A stretch of 64,000 bases of DNA from Octopus sinensis (GCF_006345805.1 NC_043006.1:37882001-37946000); one strand, 5' to 3'; counted from the stretch's first letter, positions 10,636 through 25,239 are shown. Translations and numbers: made by a program. Notes: a model not told the origin generated them from the sequence alone.

Positions 10636-13600
10636 TCACCCCACATTATTTTATGGTTAATACCATATAGATTTCTGGTGCATCTAAGTTAAGTACCTCA
10701 TTCATGTGAATTAATTGGAACTCACTTGAATCTTAATTGCTTTTACTGAATATGTATATATATATATATATATATATACGTTTATGTATTCGTTTTGCAA
10801 AATTCCTGATGTGAGCTCATGTGTTGAAACAGATATTGTTGTATTTAGGGAAGCAAGCAAACACCGAATAAATAGTGCGCATGTTTTCAATGGCTAAATT
10901 AGCAACATGACCATCCCCAAATATAACTGTATGTAAAAAGCACTATCCAAACATGATCAATGCCAGGGCCGCCCAACTGGCACCCATGCTGGTGGCAATT
11001 AAAAAGTACTATCTGAACATGGGCGATGCCAGGGCTGCCTGACTGACTCCTGTGTCGGTGGCACGTAAAAAGCACCCACGACACTCTCGGAGTGGTTGGC
11101 TTTAGGAAGGGCATCCAGATGTAGAAACATTTCCAGATCAGATTGGAGCCTGGTGCAGATGCTGGCTTTCCAGACCTCAGTCAAACTGTCCAACCCATGC
11201 TAGCAAGGTAAATAGACGATGATGATGATGATGATGATGATACATATACAAACCAGCATCACATAATATTTGTATATGCCCCTTAGTCTGTCCTGCTATG
11301 ATGGATATTAAAGTCTATGCTTGTAAATACTGGTTAAATTGTCTGCTAAGTTAAGTAGCTCATTATTTTGAAGAGACAGAAATAGCACTGCTAAATATAA
11401 ATAAATACATTGCAGGAAAAGGGGGGAAAAAAGACTATTAATTTGAGATAGGATTGGTAGGTTCCATGTTGAGTAACTGCAATAAAACAATCATCCAGCA
11501 AACAACGGACACACATCTCAGATCCCAATTTGGGGATGTTTGACCCTTTTTATCTCAAACCGATTCTATTATTTTTTGCCTTATTTCAGTGTTTGAACGG
11601 TGGTCATACTGGAGTACTACCTTAAAGGCTTTAGTTGATCGTATTGACTCTAGTACTCATTGTTTCAAGATTAGCATCTGTGCCGGTGGCACGTAAAAAG
11701 CACTATTTGAGCGTGGTTGATGCCCATACTGCCTGACTGGTCCTGTGCCAGTAACACGTAAAAGGCACCATTCAAGCCTGATTGTTGCCAGTGCCACCTG
11801 ACTGGCTCCCATGCCGGTGACATGTAAAAAGCACCATTCAAGTGTTGTCAATGCTAGTGCTGCCTGACTGGATCCCGTGCCAGTGGCACGTAAAAGCACC
11901 ATTCAAGCATGGTCGATGCCAGTACTGCCTGACTGGCCCTCACGCCAGTGGTACAAAAAAAAAGTGCTTGGTGTTAGGAAGGGCATCCAGCTGTAGAAAC
12001 CTTGTCCCATCAAATTGGAGCCTGGTGCAGCCTTTTGGCTTGTCAGCTCTCAGTCAAATCATCCAATCCATGCCAGCATAGAAAGAGGATGTTAAACGAC
12101 GATGATGAAGGGAAAACTTTTATCAGTCTCTCTTTGCCATATTGCTTAGTTATGGGGATGTACACAAACCAACATTGATTGTAAAGAGGTGAAAGATGAA
12201 CGCAAACATAAAGAATCATATGTGCATGTACATACACACACACAAACACATCATCAGACAATGTATTACAGTCAGATTGCATATAACAGATCAAAATGAA
12301 GCTATGCACTCCTTTCTGACAAGCGTGTCTGAAGAGTCACCAATACTTTTAAGTTGCAACATTTGATGAAAAACTAACTGTAACATTCTGACCAGTCATA
12401 TGTCATGACCAGTAATATGATGCTTGATGATATAAAAATGTATTCACTCTGCAAATGAGTGTGTTTTTATTTCAAACTTATGGGCAACTGACTTATATAT
12501 ATATGCATGTGTGTGTGTGTGTCGAAATCGTGATGATATTTGGCTGTCAGCTGATGAGGGGTTGAGATTACCTGTTCTGAGTGTGATTTCTTGTAAATTC
12601 AATTGTTGTTGCTCTGTACCATGTTTTCATCACACACACATTCACACACACACTCATGCAATGGGGCTTCTGCAAAGTTTCTGTCTATAAAATTTACTCA
12701 CAAAGCATTGGTCTATTACAGTATTGCAGAATATACTTGTCCAAAATGCTGCACAATAGGACCAGACTTGAAACCATGTAGCTGCAATCTGAACCTCTTC
12801 TCCACACACCCATATCTAATATCATTTCAAGTTGAAAATATCAGCTACTTTATTCATAGAATAACTTTAAACATTGGGCCTCACAGTGGCAATGACAAGT
12901 GACAGAAACCTTTGGAGATATGCTGTGCTTGAGAAGACCCAGCAAGCCAAGTGAGATCATAGCCATGACCAATGCCAGTGTTGCAAAACCAGCCTGTTTA
13001 AAAGTATCCTTCAATCGTTGGGCAATATGCTGTGCTTGAGAAGCCCTGTCAAGTCAAGTGAAATTGTTGTCGTGGCCAATGCCAGTATCACCTGACTGAC
13101 ACCTGTGCTGGTGGCATATAAAAAGCACCATTCGTGTGTGGCTGATGCCAGTGCTGGTGGCACATAAAAAGCATCATTTGAGTGTGGTCAATGCCAGTTC
13201 CGCCTGACTGGCTCCCATGCTGGTGGCACATAAAAAGCACCATCCGAGCTTGGTTGATGCCAGCACCACCTGACTGTCCCTCATGCTGGTAGCATGTAAA
13301 AAGCAGCCACTTTAAGTGTTATAAAGGGAATCCCTCTGTAAAAACTTTGCCAGATCAGATTGGAACTTGGTGCACCCTTCTTGTTTACCAGTCCTCAGTC
13401 AAACTGTCCAACCCATGCTAGCATGGAAAGCAGACATTAAACGATGGTGATGATGTATTATCTTTGATCATATATGTTTAAAAATTTAGATTTCATTTTG
13501 AGTTAATATATCGTTTTTTTTCTTTTATTTATGTAATATATTTACGTACATTATACTAAGAATTTTGGCATTATTTTTAAAATTTAGGGCTTTATTTCAT

Positions 13601-14555
13601 ATATTGTTTTAAACTGAGTCTTGCAACACACATGGCAACCTCACTAATGCTGGTGCCATGGAAAAAAAGCATCCAGTACACACTGTAAAGTGGTTACTCT
13701 TAGGAAAAGAATCCAGCCATAGAAACCATACCAAAGCTGACACTGAGGCTCAGCACACCCCTGCAACTTGCTGAGTCCTGTCAAACCTCTCCAATCCATG
13801 CCAGCAGGGAAAACAGATGTTAAATGATGGTGATGATGATGATGTTGATGATGTTTTCAATAATGTCATTTTTAATCATATTTTTATAATTTAGTTATTG
13901 TATTTTAACACATAACAGTATTTTGGTTACTGTCTTATTTATTATATATATATATATATTATTTCTAATGGTTTAAATATTTATAACACATACATCTGTT
14001 ATGTTTAGTTATTATAATTTTAATTATTTAGATTCTCCTAATATTCAATTTATTTTCAGTCATTATATTTTCCTAATATTCATATTATATTTAAATATAT
14101 TATTTTTAAAATGTTGATAATATTTTTGTGTTATAGTATATTAAAAATATATATTTCCTATTTAGTAATTTTTATATTTTTAAAGTTTATTTCAAAGTAT
14201 TATTTTTAGCTTTCTATATTCTAAAAATTATATGTTACTTTTAGTTATTATATCATTTAAAAAAGAAATTAGAAATGATTTTTCAATAGAATATATTAAA
14301 AATTGTTGATCTAAATTTTAGTTATTAAACTTTGAAGTGTGTTGTTAACATGGCTTCATAAATAATTTTTAAATTAGATATTTTTCTTGATACATCATTA
14401 CATAATTTTAGGTGTGGTTTTAGATATGTTATTAAAAAAATTTAGATGTCAATTATAACTAAATAATGTTTTATATTATCTATGTATTATTTGTTGTTAG
14501 TGTTTTAATATCAGTATGTTAAAATATTTTTATAACTGTAATGGACTTTATAGCC

Positions 14556-15030
14556 AAAATGGATAGACAAATGTTGAGGTGGTTTGGCCACATGGAGAGG
14601 ATGGATGAGGAGTGGATGGTAAGGAGGGTGATGAAGACAGAAGTGGTGGGCAGCAGAACCAGAGGCATACCTCTGTTTGTGTGGATGGATGGAGTGAGGA
14701 AAGCTTTGGTGGTTAGAGGTGTTGGAGTGAGAGAGGCAAGAGAGTTTATAAATGATAGGAAAGCTTGGAGAGTGTTTGTGGATGGATGAGTGAATTTGAT
14801 GTTGCTCAAAAGGGGTACGGAACCAGCATGATGCAGCGGGGGTAAACCAGCATATGCTGTTGGGCCCAGCTGCTTATATTGGGGGTTGCGTTATATGCCT
14901 TGATGCAAGCATAGGACGGGGCTTGCCTCTTAGAGCTGGGAAATGAATAGAATGCCTGGTGTATGCCTACTCGCTCCTAAAAAAAATGGGGAATAGGCCT
15001 GGGTATATGTATGTATAACAATAATAATAT
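14556..15030 (+). mobile_element. 3' fragment of an RTE-clade LINE
   Basis: LRWFGHMERMDEEWMVRRVMKTEVVGSRTRGIPLFVWMDGVRKAL is the typical RTE C-terminus (LRWFGH..RM...G.R.RG.P...W.D), followed by a putative 3'UTR. Confidence 0.8.
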
Positions 15031-15059
15031 TATTGTGGAGAGTGGTGCAGGCATCACAT

Positions 15060-15478
15060 TGGCACAGGTGGCTGTGTGGTTAAGAAACTTGTTTCCAAGG
15101 CATGTGGTTAGGGATTCAATCCCACTGCATGGCACCTTGGACAAGTATCTTTTACAATAGCTTCAGGCCAAATAAAGTTTCTGAGTGATTTGGTAGATGG
15201 AAACTGAAAGAAGCTTATCATGTGTGAGTGAGTGTGTGAACATGTATCTGTGTGTACTCTTGCCAAGATGTCACATGATGGTTCGAAATGGCTATCATCA
15301 TCATACAAGGGATCTTTTTCATTTCCATGCAAAACATATCTGGTCATGGGAAAATAAAACCTCACTTGGAAACAGATGAAGGTTGGCAACAGGGAATGCA
15401 TCCAACTAGAAAATTGCCTCAACAAGTTCTGTCTGATTCACATGAGCAGTGAAGTGGATATCAAATGATGATTATGGT
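15060..15478 (+). mobile_element. Composite SINE: family A head joined to a family D-like (GAT) tail
   Basis: ggcacaggtggctgtgtgg...ccttggacaagtatctt head, then a different body ending gttggcaacagggaatgcatccaac...gtggatatcaaatgatga. Similar copies at ~23070-23400 and 49340-49610. Confidence 0.6.
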
Positions 15479-16369
15479 GAATAGTCTTATGTTACTACAG
15501 TATTAACCCTTCTGTTATTAACCCGGCTGAAACCAGCTATGGCTCTGCAGTACAAATGTTTTGTTTTCTTAAGTTTTTAATCAAAATCTTCCACCAAACC
15601 TTAGTTGCAATTAATGTTCCTAACACTAGCTTAATGATAACTAAGTTATTTTACTAAATTCTTTGTTATATTTAAAGTAATTGAAAGAAACACAGAGCAT
15701 CTCAAAATAAATACAGTAATGAAAGGGTTAAATATCATCCACATATTGTTCCTGTAAAGAATGGCAGGACAAGTAGAGCGTTGGCCAAGAGGCACTGCTG
15801 TATTTAGTTACATTGAAATTAAGGGCTAACCAAAGCCTAGTGAGCAGATTTGATAGATGGAAGCCCATCCTATATATATATATATATATATATATATGTT
15901 CACTTGCTGTAAATAAAATAAGAGATAATGTGTGGCGTTCCATTAAATAATAAGTTTTAAATTACATAATATATATAGGCACAAACAAATGGAAAACAGT
16001 CTCAGAAGGTCACCAAATTCTCATCAGTTATCACCCAAAGGTTCTCCACAATTTTGCACATTTAACATTAAAGGCGTAAAATTGTGAAGATCCTTGGTGA
16101 ATGAATATCCGATGAGTATTTGGCAACCTTCTGTGTTTATTTTCTGTTTGTTTGTGCTAATATATATTATGCATTTTGAAACTTTTATAATTATATATAT
16201 ATACACAGATAGATAGGTAGATAGATAGAGAGATAGATAAATAGATATACATACACAGACACATGCATATTTTGAAGGGTGAGTCAACAGGTAATGCAAA
16301 TGAAAATTGCATTAATTTTCAATTTACATTTGTGCTCACATGTGTGTGTGTGTCTCTTTGCATGTATGC

Positions 16370-16417
<48 letters not shown>

Positions 16418-17159
16418 TTTAATTCTTTTACTTGTTTCAGTCATTTGACTGCAGCCATGCCGGAGCACCGCCTTTTAGTCAAGCAAATCAACCCCAGGAC
16501 TTTTTTTTTGTAAGCCCAGTACTTATTCTATCAGTCTCTTTTGCTGAACCGCTAAGTTACGGGGACATAAACACATAGATATAAAAGTTGTCTTTGTGCT
16601 TTGGTCAGTACCACACTAGTACTCGACAACAGGTGTTGGTTTGTTTACAGCCCTCTAACTTAGCAGTTTGGCAAAAGAGACTGACAGAATAAGTACCAGA
16701 CTTAAAAATGAGAAAAAAAAAACACTGGTGTCAATTTGTTCACCTGAATTCTTCAAAGTGGTGCCCCGGCATGGCCACAGTTCAATGACTGAAACAAGAT
16801 AAAGACAAATGATGGAAGACAGCGGGACTGGTTTACTGCTGGAAAAGCCAAAAAAGAATCTTTCCAGCATAGATTTACCTGACATAGGACCGACCCAGGG
16901 CTAAATAACACCACCATCGACATCAAGACTTTCTCTTTCACTTCTCCTTCTTCTCTTTCTTTCTTACCAAATGGATGAGATTATACAACTTGAATTGCAG
17001 CATTTACCGAACACTCTCTGCACTTTGGAGCTATTTCATCCACTGATGTCAACAAATAATAATTGCACACAGCTAATTTAGACTTAATTAATGGCAGGTG
17101 AACGCAGGCAAAATGGGATGGGATGTAGTAAAAGGAATTTTATCATGATCATTATTATA

Positions 17160-17161
17160 TT

Positions 17162-17229
<68 letters not shown>

Positions 17230-17262
17230 GTTGTTGTTGTTGTTGTTGTTATTATTATTATA
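17160..17262 (+). repeat. (TTG)n/(TTA)n microsatellite
   Basis: About 28 TTG units with one interruption. Confidence 0.95.
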
Positions 17263-17815
17263 CTTTTAAGAATTCTGTTTGTTTTATGGGATTTTTTTTC
17301 ACTTTTTTGCATTCTTTTTGTTTGTAATTTTGGTTTTAATTATATATCTTATTACCGTGATTAAACGAAGAATAAACAAATGCCTCAGATCTGCGCTATC
17401 CCCCCCTATATCACCCTTGCTCCCATCTCTCTCTCTCTCTCTCTCTCTTTCTCTTATCTCCCCCCCCCCCACACACACTTTCTTTAATTTCTTTCGTGTT
17501 GTTTTGATATGCATTTTTTTTTTACCTTCGCAAAGATAAGATAGAGCAGCTGCTCAAATTGGTTTTTTTTTTTTTGACATAGTTATTAGATGAGACTGAG
17601 AGACAGTTTTCATTTATATATACACATACACACACACACATATATATACACATACACATGCACACACATATATATATATACATATATACTTACAAACACA
17701 TATATACATATATACTTACAAACACATATATACACACACACAGACATAAACAAATATATACATAGACACACACACACATAAATATATATATACATATGTA
17801 TACACATACATGCAA

Positions 17816-17865
<50 letters not shown>

Positions 17866-18269
17866 GGTAGGTAGATAAATAGATGGAGCAGTTGAAGGAT
17901 GGAGAGATATAATGTAATGGGATACCATCTCATGTGTTTTTGTTTCGTTATTGTAATTGAGAAAGAGAGAGAGAGAGGGAAAAGTAGTGGAATGCAATGG
18001 GTGAAGATTACTATTTCTTTCATATGATTACTAAAATTTAGGTAAGGGGAGAGAGAGCGAATGAGAAGGGATGAAAAGAGGCAGTAATAGATTGCAAAAG
18101 AGATTAAAAGAGAGAGAGAGTGAGAGAGAGAGAGAGAGAGAGGGAGGTTGATAATGGAAGTGTTGCAGGGTTGGGCAGGGGTTAATAAAAAAATACCTTT
18201 TTATTGATGTGTTTACTGAAATTAAGCGCATGTACACACCCACCCATACCCACATGAATATCAGTAATC

Positions 18270-18300
<31 letters not shown>

Positions 18301-19005
18301 CACACACACACACACACACACATACACACACACATACACACAACACCCTGTGACAAAGAAGCGAGGTTGTGAAATGCAGAGACAGTCTGCAAAGAGAGAA
18401 TGAAACAGAGTTGCAGCTTACTGATTACATTCACCCTGCTCCCATCCCTCAGTAAATCACAGGTACTCTAAATCTATATGACTAAACACCACAGAGCAGC
18501 TTGCCTTCCTAATAACCAATATAATACTAAAAATTCACAATCAGATCATCACCAATCAATGTTATGTTTTCTAGGCTGGCATGGGTTGGATGCTCTGACA
18601 GGATCCAATGAACCAAAGCTCTTCACCAAGTGCTGATTGTCTGTTTTGGCATGGTTTCTATGACTTGATCCCCTTCCTAATGCCAACCATTTCACAGAGT
18701 GTCCTAGGTGCTTTTTAAGTGGCACCAACACTAGAGAGGTTTCCAAGTAACTTTCAAGGCAAGACCCCTCAATTGAGCAAGGGGGAAGTATTGAGGAAGG
18801 TGGTTTTATGCCAAGTGATGAGAGGTTAACCCTTCAGCATTTAAACCGGCTGCATCCACACCAAATATTCCATCTGCTTTATGTTCAGATTACCAGATCA
18901 GAACTCTCACGCCTCCCCTACAATGTCTTTCTAAAAATAAACAACCACATCATCGAAATCTCAAAGCTACCGGATGATGCATGAAGAATACAAAAGAATG
19001 TGAAC

Positions 19006-19415
19006 ATAGGTGCAAGAGTGGTTGTGTGGTAAGAAGCTTGCTCCCAACCACATGGTTCCAGGTTCAGTCCCACTATGTGACACCTTGGGTAAGTGTCTTG
19101 TACTATAACCTCAGGCTGACCAAAGCCTTGTGAGTGGATTTGGTAGATGGAAACTGAAAGACACATTTTGTACATACACACACACATATGTATATATCTA
19201 TGTGTGTGTGTGTGTCTGTCTGTCTGTTTGTCCCCACTCGTCATCACTTGACAGCTGATGCTGGTCTGTTTATGTCCCTGTAACTTTGCGGTTTGGCATA
19301 AGTTCTAGGCTTACAAAGAATAAGTCCCAGGGTCGATTTCTTTGACTAAAACCTTTTAGGGTGGTGCTTTAGCATGGCAGCATTCAAATGACTGAAACAA
19401 GTAAAAGAATAAAAG
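19006..19415 (+). mobile_element. Family A SINE, near full length
   Basis: Head, CORE-like accttgggtaagtgtctt, (TG)n linker, tail gcatggcagcattcaaatgactgaaacaagtaaaaga. Other copies at 32197-32585, 36290-36495, 61550-61900(-). Confidence 0.8.
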
Positions 19416-20002
19416 AAAAAGAAAAAGCAAGAATTAGATTTGAAGGAATAACCTGAATTCTAAAGAGTCCAAGTATGCTTGAGGAACAGGGAAAAAATGT
19501 CTTGCAGTAGGGTAGACGCATGGGTACCCCAGTTGGAAAAGAAAGAAGATGGTGATGAAGAGGTGCCAGGGGGAACACAGGAAGGTGAATATGGGAGGAG
19601 TTGTACTGGTGGATAAATTAGCTGTAGGAGTGTGAGGGGAGAGTGGTAAATAGGGGGATAGAGGAAAACCCAGTGAGTGGTAAACAAGAGTGGAGGCATG
19701 GTTAATTGTGACAATGATGGGGATAGCAACTATGATGTCTGGCAATAATAGTACCCAGTTTGTGTATAGTGCTAGCAATTCTGAGGGGAAGAGGGGTTAG
19801 TTGATATTGTCAGCTCCAGCATTGAATTGGTACTTTAATTGACTCCCTATGGAAAAAAGAAAATTAGAATGTGAAGACCCAGAAGAAATACCACAAGGTA
19901 AAGTATTAGTCTTCACTGAAGCATGTGTTTGGGAGAGAGAGAGAGAGAGAGAGAGTGGTGTGTGTGTGTGTGTGTGTATGCTTGTGAGTGTGTGCGGGCT
20001 CC

Positions 20003-20282
20003 AGTTGAACTTAAAATGAGAAGGAGATAACTCTCAGATATTTACAGGGGTTACAATCCCTCTATGCATGAAATACTACATGCAAATGTATGAAATATGT
20101 GCAAGTGTGCGTATGTGTGTGTATGTGTGTGTGTGAGTGTGTGTGTGTGTGTGAGTGTGCGTGTGTGTGGGGGGGGCACTAGTTAAACTTAAAATGATAA
20201 GGAGATAACTCAGATATTTACAGGGGTTACAATCCCTCTATGCATGAAATACTACATGCAAATGTATGAAATATGTGCATGT
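20003..20282 (+). repeat. Local tandem duplication, period ~178 bp
   Basis: A ~100-bp unique block (aacttaaaatga...ggttacaatccctctatgcatgaaatactacatgc) occurs at 20003 and 20181, each followed by a (TG)n tract. Confidence 0.9.
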
Positions 20283-21098
20283 GTGTGTGTGTTTGTGTTA
20301 CGACAGCAATGAACAAAAATGAAACAAAAAGGAAAGGGCCAAGCTTTAAAATGTGTTGTATTAGTTCAAGGCTTAAAAGAGGGAAGGGAAAGAGTCTCGA
20401 TGTTTCAGACATTAGTTCTTCAGAAGGAGAAAAGTATAGGAGGAGTATGAAAGAAGAAAAATGGTTAAGAAGAGAGAAAAGAAAGATCAAATGAGGGATT
20501 TAGAAGCCAGGTGAGTATGCAGTTCTAAGAGAGAAAGAGGCAGGTGTGTGTGCATGTACAGGTGTGTATTTGTGCTTTGAAATAGGTATAAGGGGAGCGT
20601 TGGGCAGATCTGTGGTTGTATGGGATGTTGGTTTATATAAATAAAGGATGGAAGTAAGAAAGTGGGAACAGGTGGGATTGTGAGGTGGGATGGAAGGTGA
20701 GAGAAATGTGGGGAGGGGACAGAAGTGTGCATCAGGGTATGGGACTGAGATGCTGTAATATAGAAGGAAGTTATGAATGAAAGTGGAACAAAAATTGTAA
20801 AAAAAAGTGGAACTGGTATGGGGGAGATGAAAAATGTTTAGTTCTGTGAAGGAAAGGAAGAAAATAACGAAGCACATGGAGGAAGAAAAGAATTGCAATA
20901 GAGGTGAATGTAAATGTATAAATAGAAGGCTAGAAAGAAAATGGAAACACGAGGGGAAAAATGAGAAAAATAAACAAATTAAAGTAGAAAAAAGAGAGAA
21001 AAAATTAAGAGAAAAATTTTGGAAAAACTGGAGCAAAATTATAACAAGATAGATATCTATATATATATACATAAAGTATTTATATATGTATAGTTATG

Positions 21099-21160
<62 letters not shown>

Positions 21161-21189
21161 TGCATACACACACACAGACACACACACAG

Positions 21190-21226
<37 letters not shown>

Positions 21227-21962
21227 TTGGCGTTAGGAAGGGCATCCAGCTGTAGAAACATTGCCAAATTAGACTGGAGCCTGGTGCAGCCTTCTGGCTT
21301 CCCAGAACCCCGGTCGAACCGTCCAACCCATGCTAGCATGGAGAACGGACGTTAAACGACGATGATGATGATGATGATATATAGATGCACACAGACAGTC
21401 ATGCAAATATGTGCACACGTTCCTATTATCTCAACTAGTATTTGCAAAATAACATCATTACCCAAGTAGCGTCAACAGTCTGAGGGAACTAATAATAAAC
21501 CAATAATGATGACAAGGAAACGACTTTAATACACAGATTCACTGTTATTGGAGAATGTCTGAGCTGTAAGCCATGTCTTGGTGCATGTCTTGGTAATCCT
21601 TGTGCATACATCTCAGTAACATTTATTTATTCTTTCTCTCTCTCTCTCTCTCTCTCTAGTCTTTGGCAGTTTATTCAGCCGTCCTTAGTGGTCACTTGTG
21701 GTTTTAGTGTATTAGTTGGTCAGCATGCATGTCAGATTCTTCCAAACTCTGTGTTCATGTGTACAAAACACATACACACACACACATTATTTTGTTAAAA
21801 TCTTCACAATCTGTTACTCAGTGTTTCATGTGACTGTTTACCAGACAGTTGTCATAATACTGTTTATCAGTTTTAATAAAACAATACATTGCTCTACCTT
21901 TAGTTTTCTAGTACTATTTTCTAACCTTATTTTGCACCTATATGCTTACTTCTATGTGTGTG

Positions 21963-21993
<31 letters not shown>

Positions 21994-22335
21994 GTGCGTG
22001 CGTGTATTTTTATACATACGCACACTCATATATTATCATTGTGAAAAAACATTCAAGTGAGGTCGTTGCCAGTGCTGCTGGACTGGCTCCTGTGCAGGTG
22101 GCATGTAAAAAAACACCATTTGAGCGTGGCCGTTGCCAGTACCACCTGACTGGCCCTCGTACCGGTGGCACGTAAAAGCACCCACTACACTCTTGGAGTA
22201 GTTGGTGTTAGGAAGGGCATCCAGCTGTAGACACTCTGCCAGATCAGATTAGAGCCTGGGGCAGCCATCTGGTTCGCCAGTCCTCAGTCAAATCGTCCAA
22301 CCCATGCTAGCATGGAAAGTGGATGTTAAACAATG

Positions 22336-22373
<38 letters not shown>

Positions 22374-22581
22374 GGCAGTGATCTCGCAGAATTGCTAACA
22401 CACTGGTTGAAATGCTTAGAGGGATTTTGTCCATCTTCTGAGTTCAAATTCTGCCGAGGTTGACTTAGCCTTTCATCCTTTGATAAACTAAGTACCTGTG
22501 AAACACTGGAGTCAATGTAATCGGCTAGTCCCTTCCCCCAAGATTTCAGGCCTTGTGCCTATAGTAGAAAAGATCATTATG

Positions 22582-22614
<33 letters not shown>

Positions 22615-23959
22615 AACAAGAATAATGCTGATTGTGACTTTGAAGTTTATTGGAGAGTCCAATAAAGGTTAAACAGATTGGAACTTTGCAGTCAAAGAAT
22701 AATATTTATTATTTTATTATTCTTGTTTATTAAGGTGGCGAGCTAACCAGAATCATTAGCACACCGGGCGAAATGTTTAGCAGTATGTCATCTGTCGCTA
22801 AGTTCTGAGTTCAAATTCTGCCGAGGTCAACTTTGCCTTTCATCCTTTTGAGGTTGATAAACTAAGTACCAGTGAAATGCTGAGGGTTAATTTAATCAAC
22901 TAGTCCCCTGCCCACAAATTTGAGACCTTGTGCCTCCAGTAGAAAGGATTATTCTTGTTTATTATTCTTGTCAAAGAATAATAAATGGGAACTCAACAAA
23001 AAGCAATGAGTAATCCTTCATCATTATTCACCACCACCACCACCACCACTCATCATCATCACCGTTAAGGCATCTTCTACTATAGCCCAGACTGACCAAA
23101 GCCTTGTGAGTGGATTCGGTAGCCAGAAACTAAAAGTAGGGAGTGTGTATATGGAGCATGCATTACACTTACCTTTTCTTGATGGCATGTGATAATCGTA
23201 AACACATGTTACCTTTGCGAAAGCAGTGTCCTTCATTTTTTATCTTGCCTGGAAATATGTCTGGCCATGGGGATTTGTTACCTTACAAGGATTCAGGTGA
23301 GGGGTGGCAATAAGAAAAGGCATCTGGTCATAAAATGTTTGTCTCAACAAACTCCATGTAAGGAACAGGTATTGAAACAATGATGCTACTGCTGCTGTTG
23401 ATATCATCATCATCATCATCATCATCGTCATTTAACGTCCATTGTCCATGCTAGAATGGTTTGGATGGTTTGACCAAGAATGGTAAGCTGAAGGGCTGCA
23501 CGAGACTCATTGATTTGGCATGGTTTTCTATGAGTGGATGCCCTTCCTAACACCAACAACTCCAAGAGGGTAATAATAGCCACGACTATTATTTCACTTG
23601 GTTTGATGGGTCTTCTTATCAAGCAAAGCATATTGCTTGAAGGTCTTGGTCATTTGTAATTGTCGTCGCGAGGCCCAATGCTTGAAAGGTTCTTTTTATG
23701 TGCCACCAGCATGGGTGCTAGTTATGTGGCACTAGCACTGGCCACATTAGCTGTGAAGCTCAGCACTCCAAAGGTGCTTTATATATATATAGCTGAAGGA
23801 TTTTGGGGGGGCCTGCAATCACCTATATTATTGATTCTGTTATTATCCTTTTTAAATTGTTACACTAGATAATAACAGAATCAAATTATTATCTATTACA
23901 CTAGATAATAACAGAGGCAAATTATTTTTTGAGAATTATTTTTCCTCGTGAATTATTTG

Positions 23960-24102
23960 CTCCATATATGTATGTATGTGTGTGTGTGTGTGTATACATA
24001 CATATATACATGTATGTATGTGTATATATGTATGCATATATGTATATATATGTATATATATATATGTATGTATATACATACATATATATATATGTATATA
24101 AT

Positions 24103-24150
<48 letters not shown>

Positions 24151-24262
24151 GTATGTATATACATACATATATATATATGTATATATATATATATATGTAT
24201 GTATATACATACATATAATATATATATGTATATAATATATATATATGTATGTATATACATAC

Positions 24263-24293
<31 letters not shown>

Positions 24294-24389
24294 TTATATG
24301 TATATACATACATATATATATATGTATATTATATATATATATATATGTATGTATATACATACAAGAAGACATTCTTGTTGCTTATTTTG

Positions 24390-24431
<42 letters not shown>

Positions 24432-24432
24432 T

Positions 24433-24485
<53 letters not shown>
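23960..24485. repeat. Compound (TA)n/(TATG)n tract
   Basis: Recurrent tgtatgtatatacatacat units separated by (TA)n. Confidence 0.9.
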
Positions 24486-24493
<8 letters not shown>

Positions 24494-25239
24494 CTTAAAA
24501 AGCAACTGTGCCAAGCGATGTAAATAGCATTCATGCTGGGCCACATAAAATAGACCTGTGCCAGTGCCACATAAGAGGTACTTGTGGTAGTGCCATGTAA
24601 AAAGCACCCAGCACACTCTGTAAAGTGGTTGGCATTAGGAAGGGCATCGAGCAATAGAAACCTTGCCAAATCCAACTGGAACCTTCTGTAGCTCTCCAGC
24701 ATGCCAGCTCTAGTTAAATTGTCCAACCCATGCCAGCATGGAAAACTGATATAGAATGATGATGATGATGATGATGATGACAATGATGGTATTTCTTTAT
24801 ATGAATACACACATACACATATAAATACACAATGGACACACACATGAAAACACAAGCATGCATACGCACACACACATACATATGTATGTATGTACATATA
24901 TACCTAGATATACGCAAACACATGCGCACATATCTCTTGATAGTGTTTCCAATAACAACAGCAACTCAGAGATAAGTGCTAACTATAGAGGTAAGGACCA
25001 CCAACAGCAGCTGTGACCTCAACAGAAGCAAGAGGAGAAGGATATGACTATAAAAGAGTTAATGAACTGTTGGTTGGTTGAAGTAGGATGGAGTGGAGGA
25101 TGGAAGCTAGTGGTGATGGTGATGGTGGTGGAGGGGGAGTAGTGAGAGAGAGGGAGGGAGAGAGAGGAATTCAAAGAACAGTGAGGAGATAGTGACTGTT
25201 TAAGTGTGTATAGGTTTCAAGAAACTTAGCTGAGTGGAT

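Noticed and set aside
19006-19080. tRNA genes at SINE 5' ends
   Set aside because: A/B boxes are present, but no full cloverleaf was evident and each runs into a SINE body.
19434-20760. Pro/Ser/Leu-rich minus ORFs (19434-19778, 20487-21072)
   Set aside because: They reflect purine-rich plus-strand composition, possibly old TE debris; no recognisable domain.
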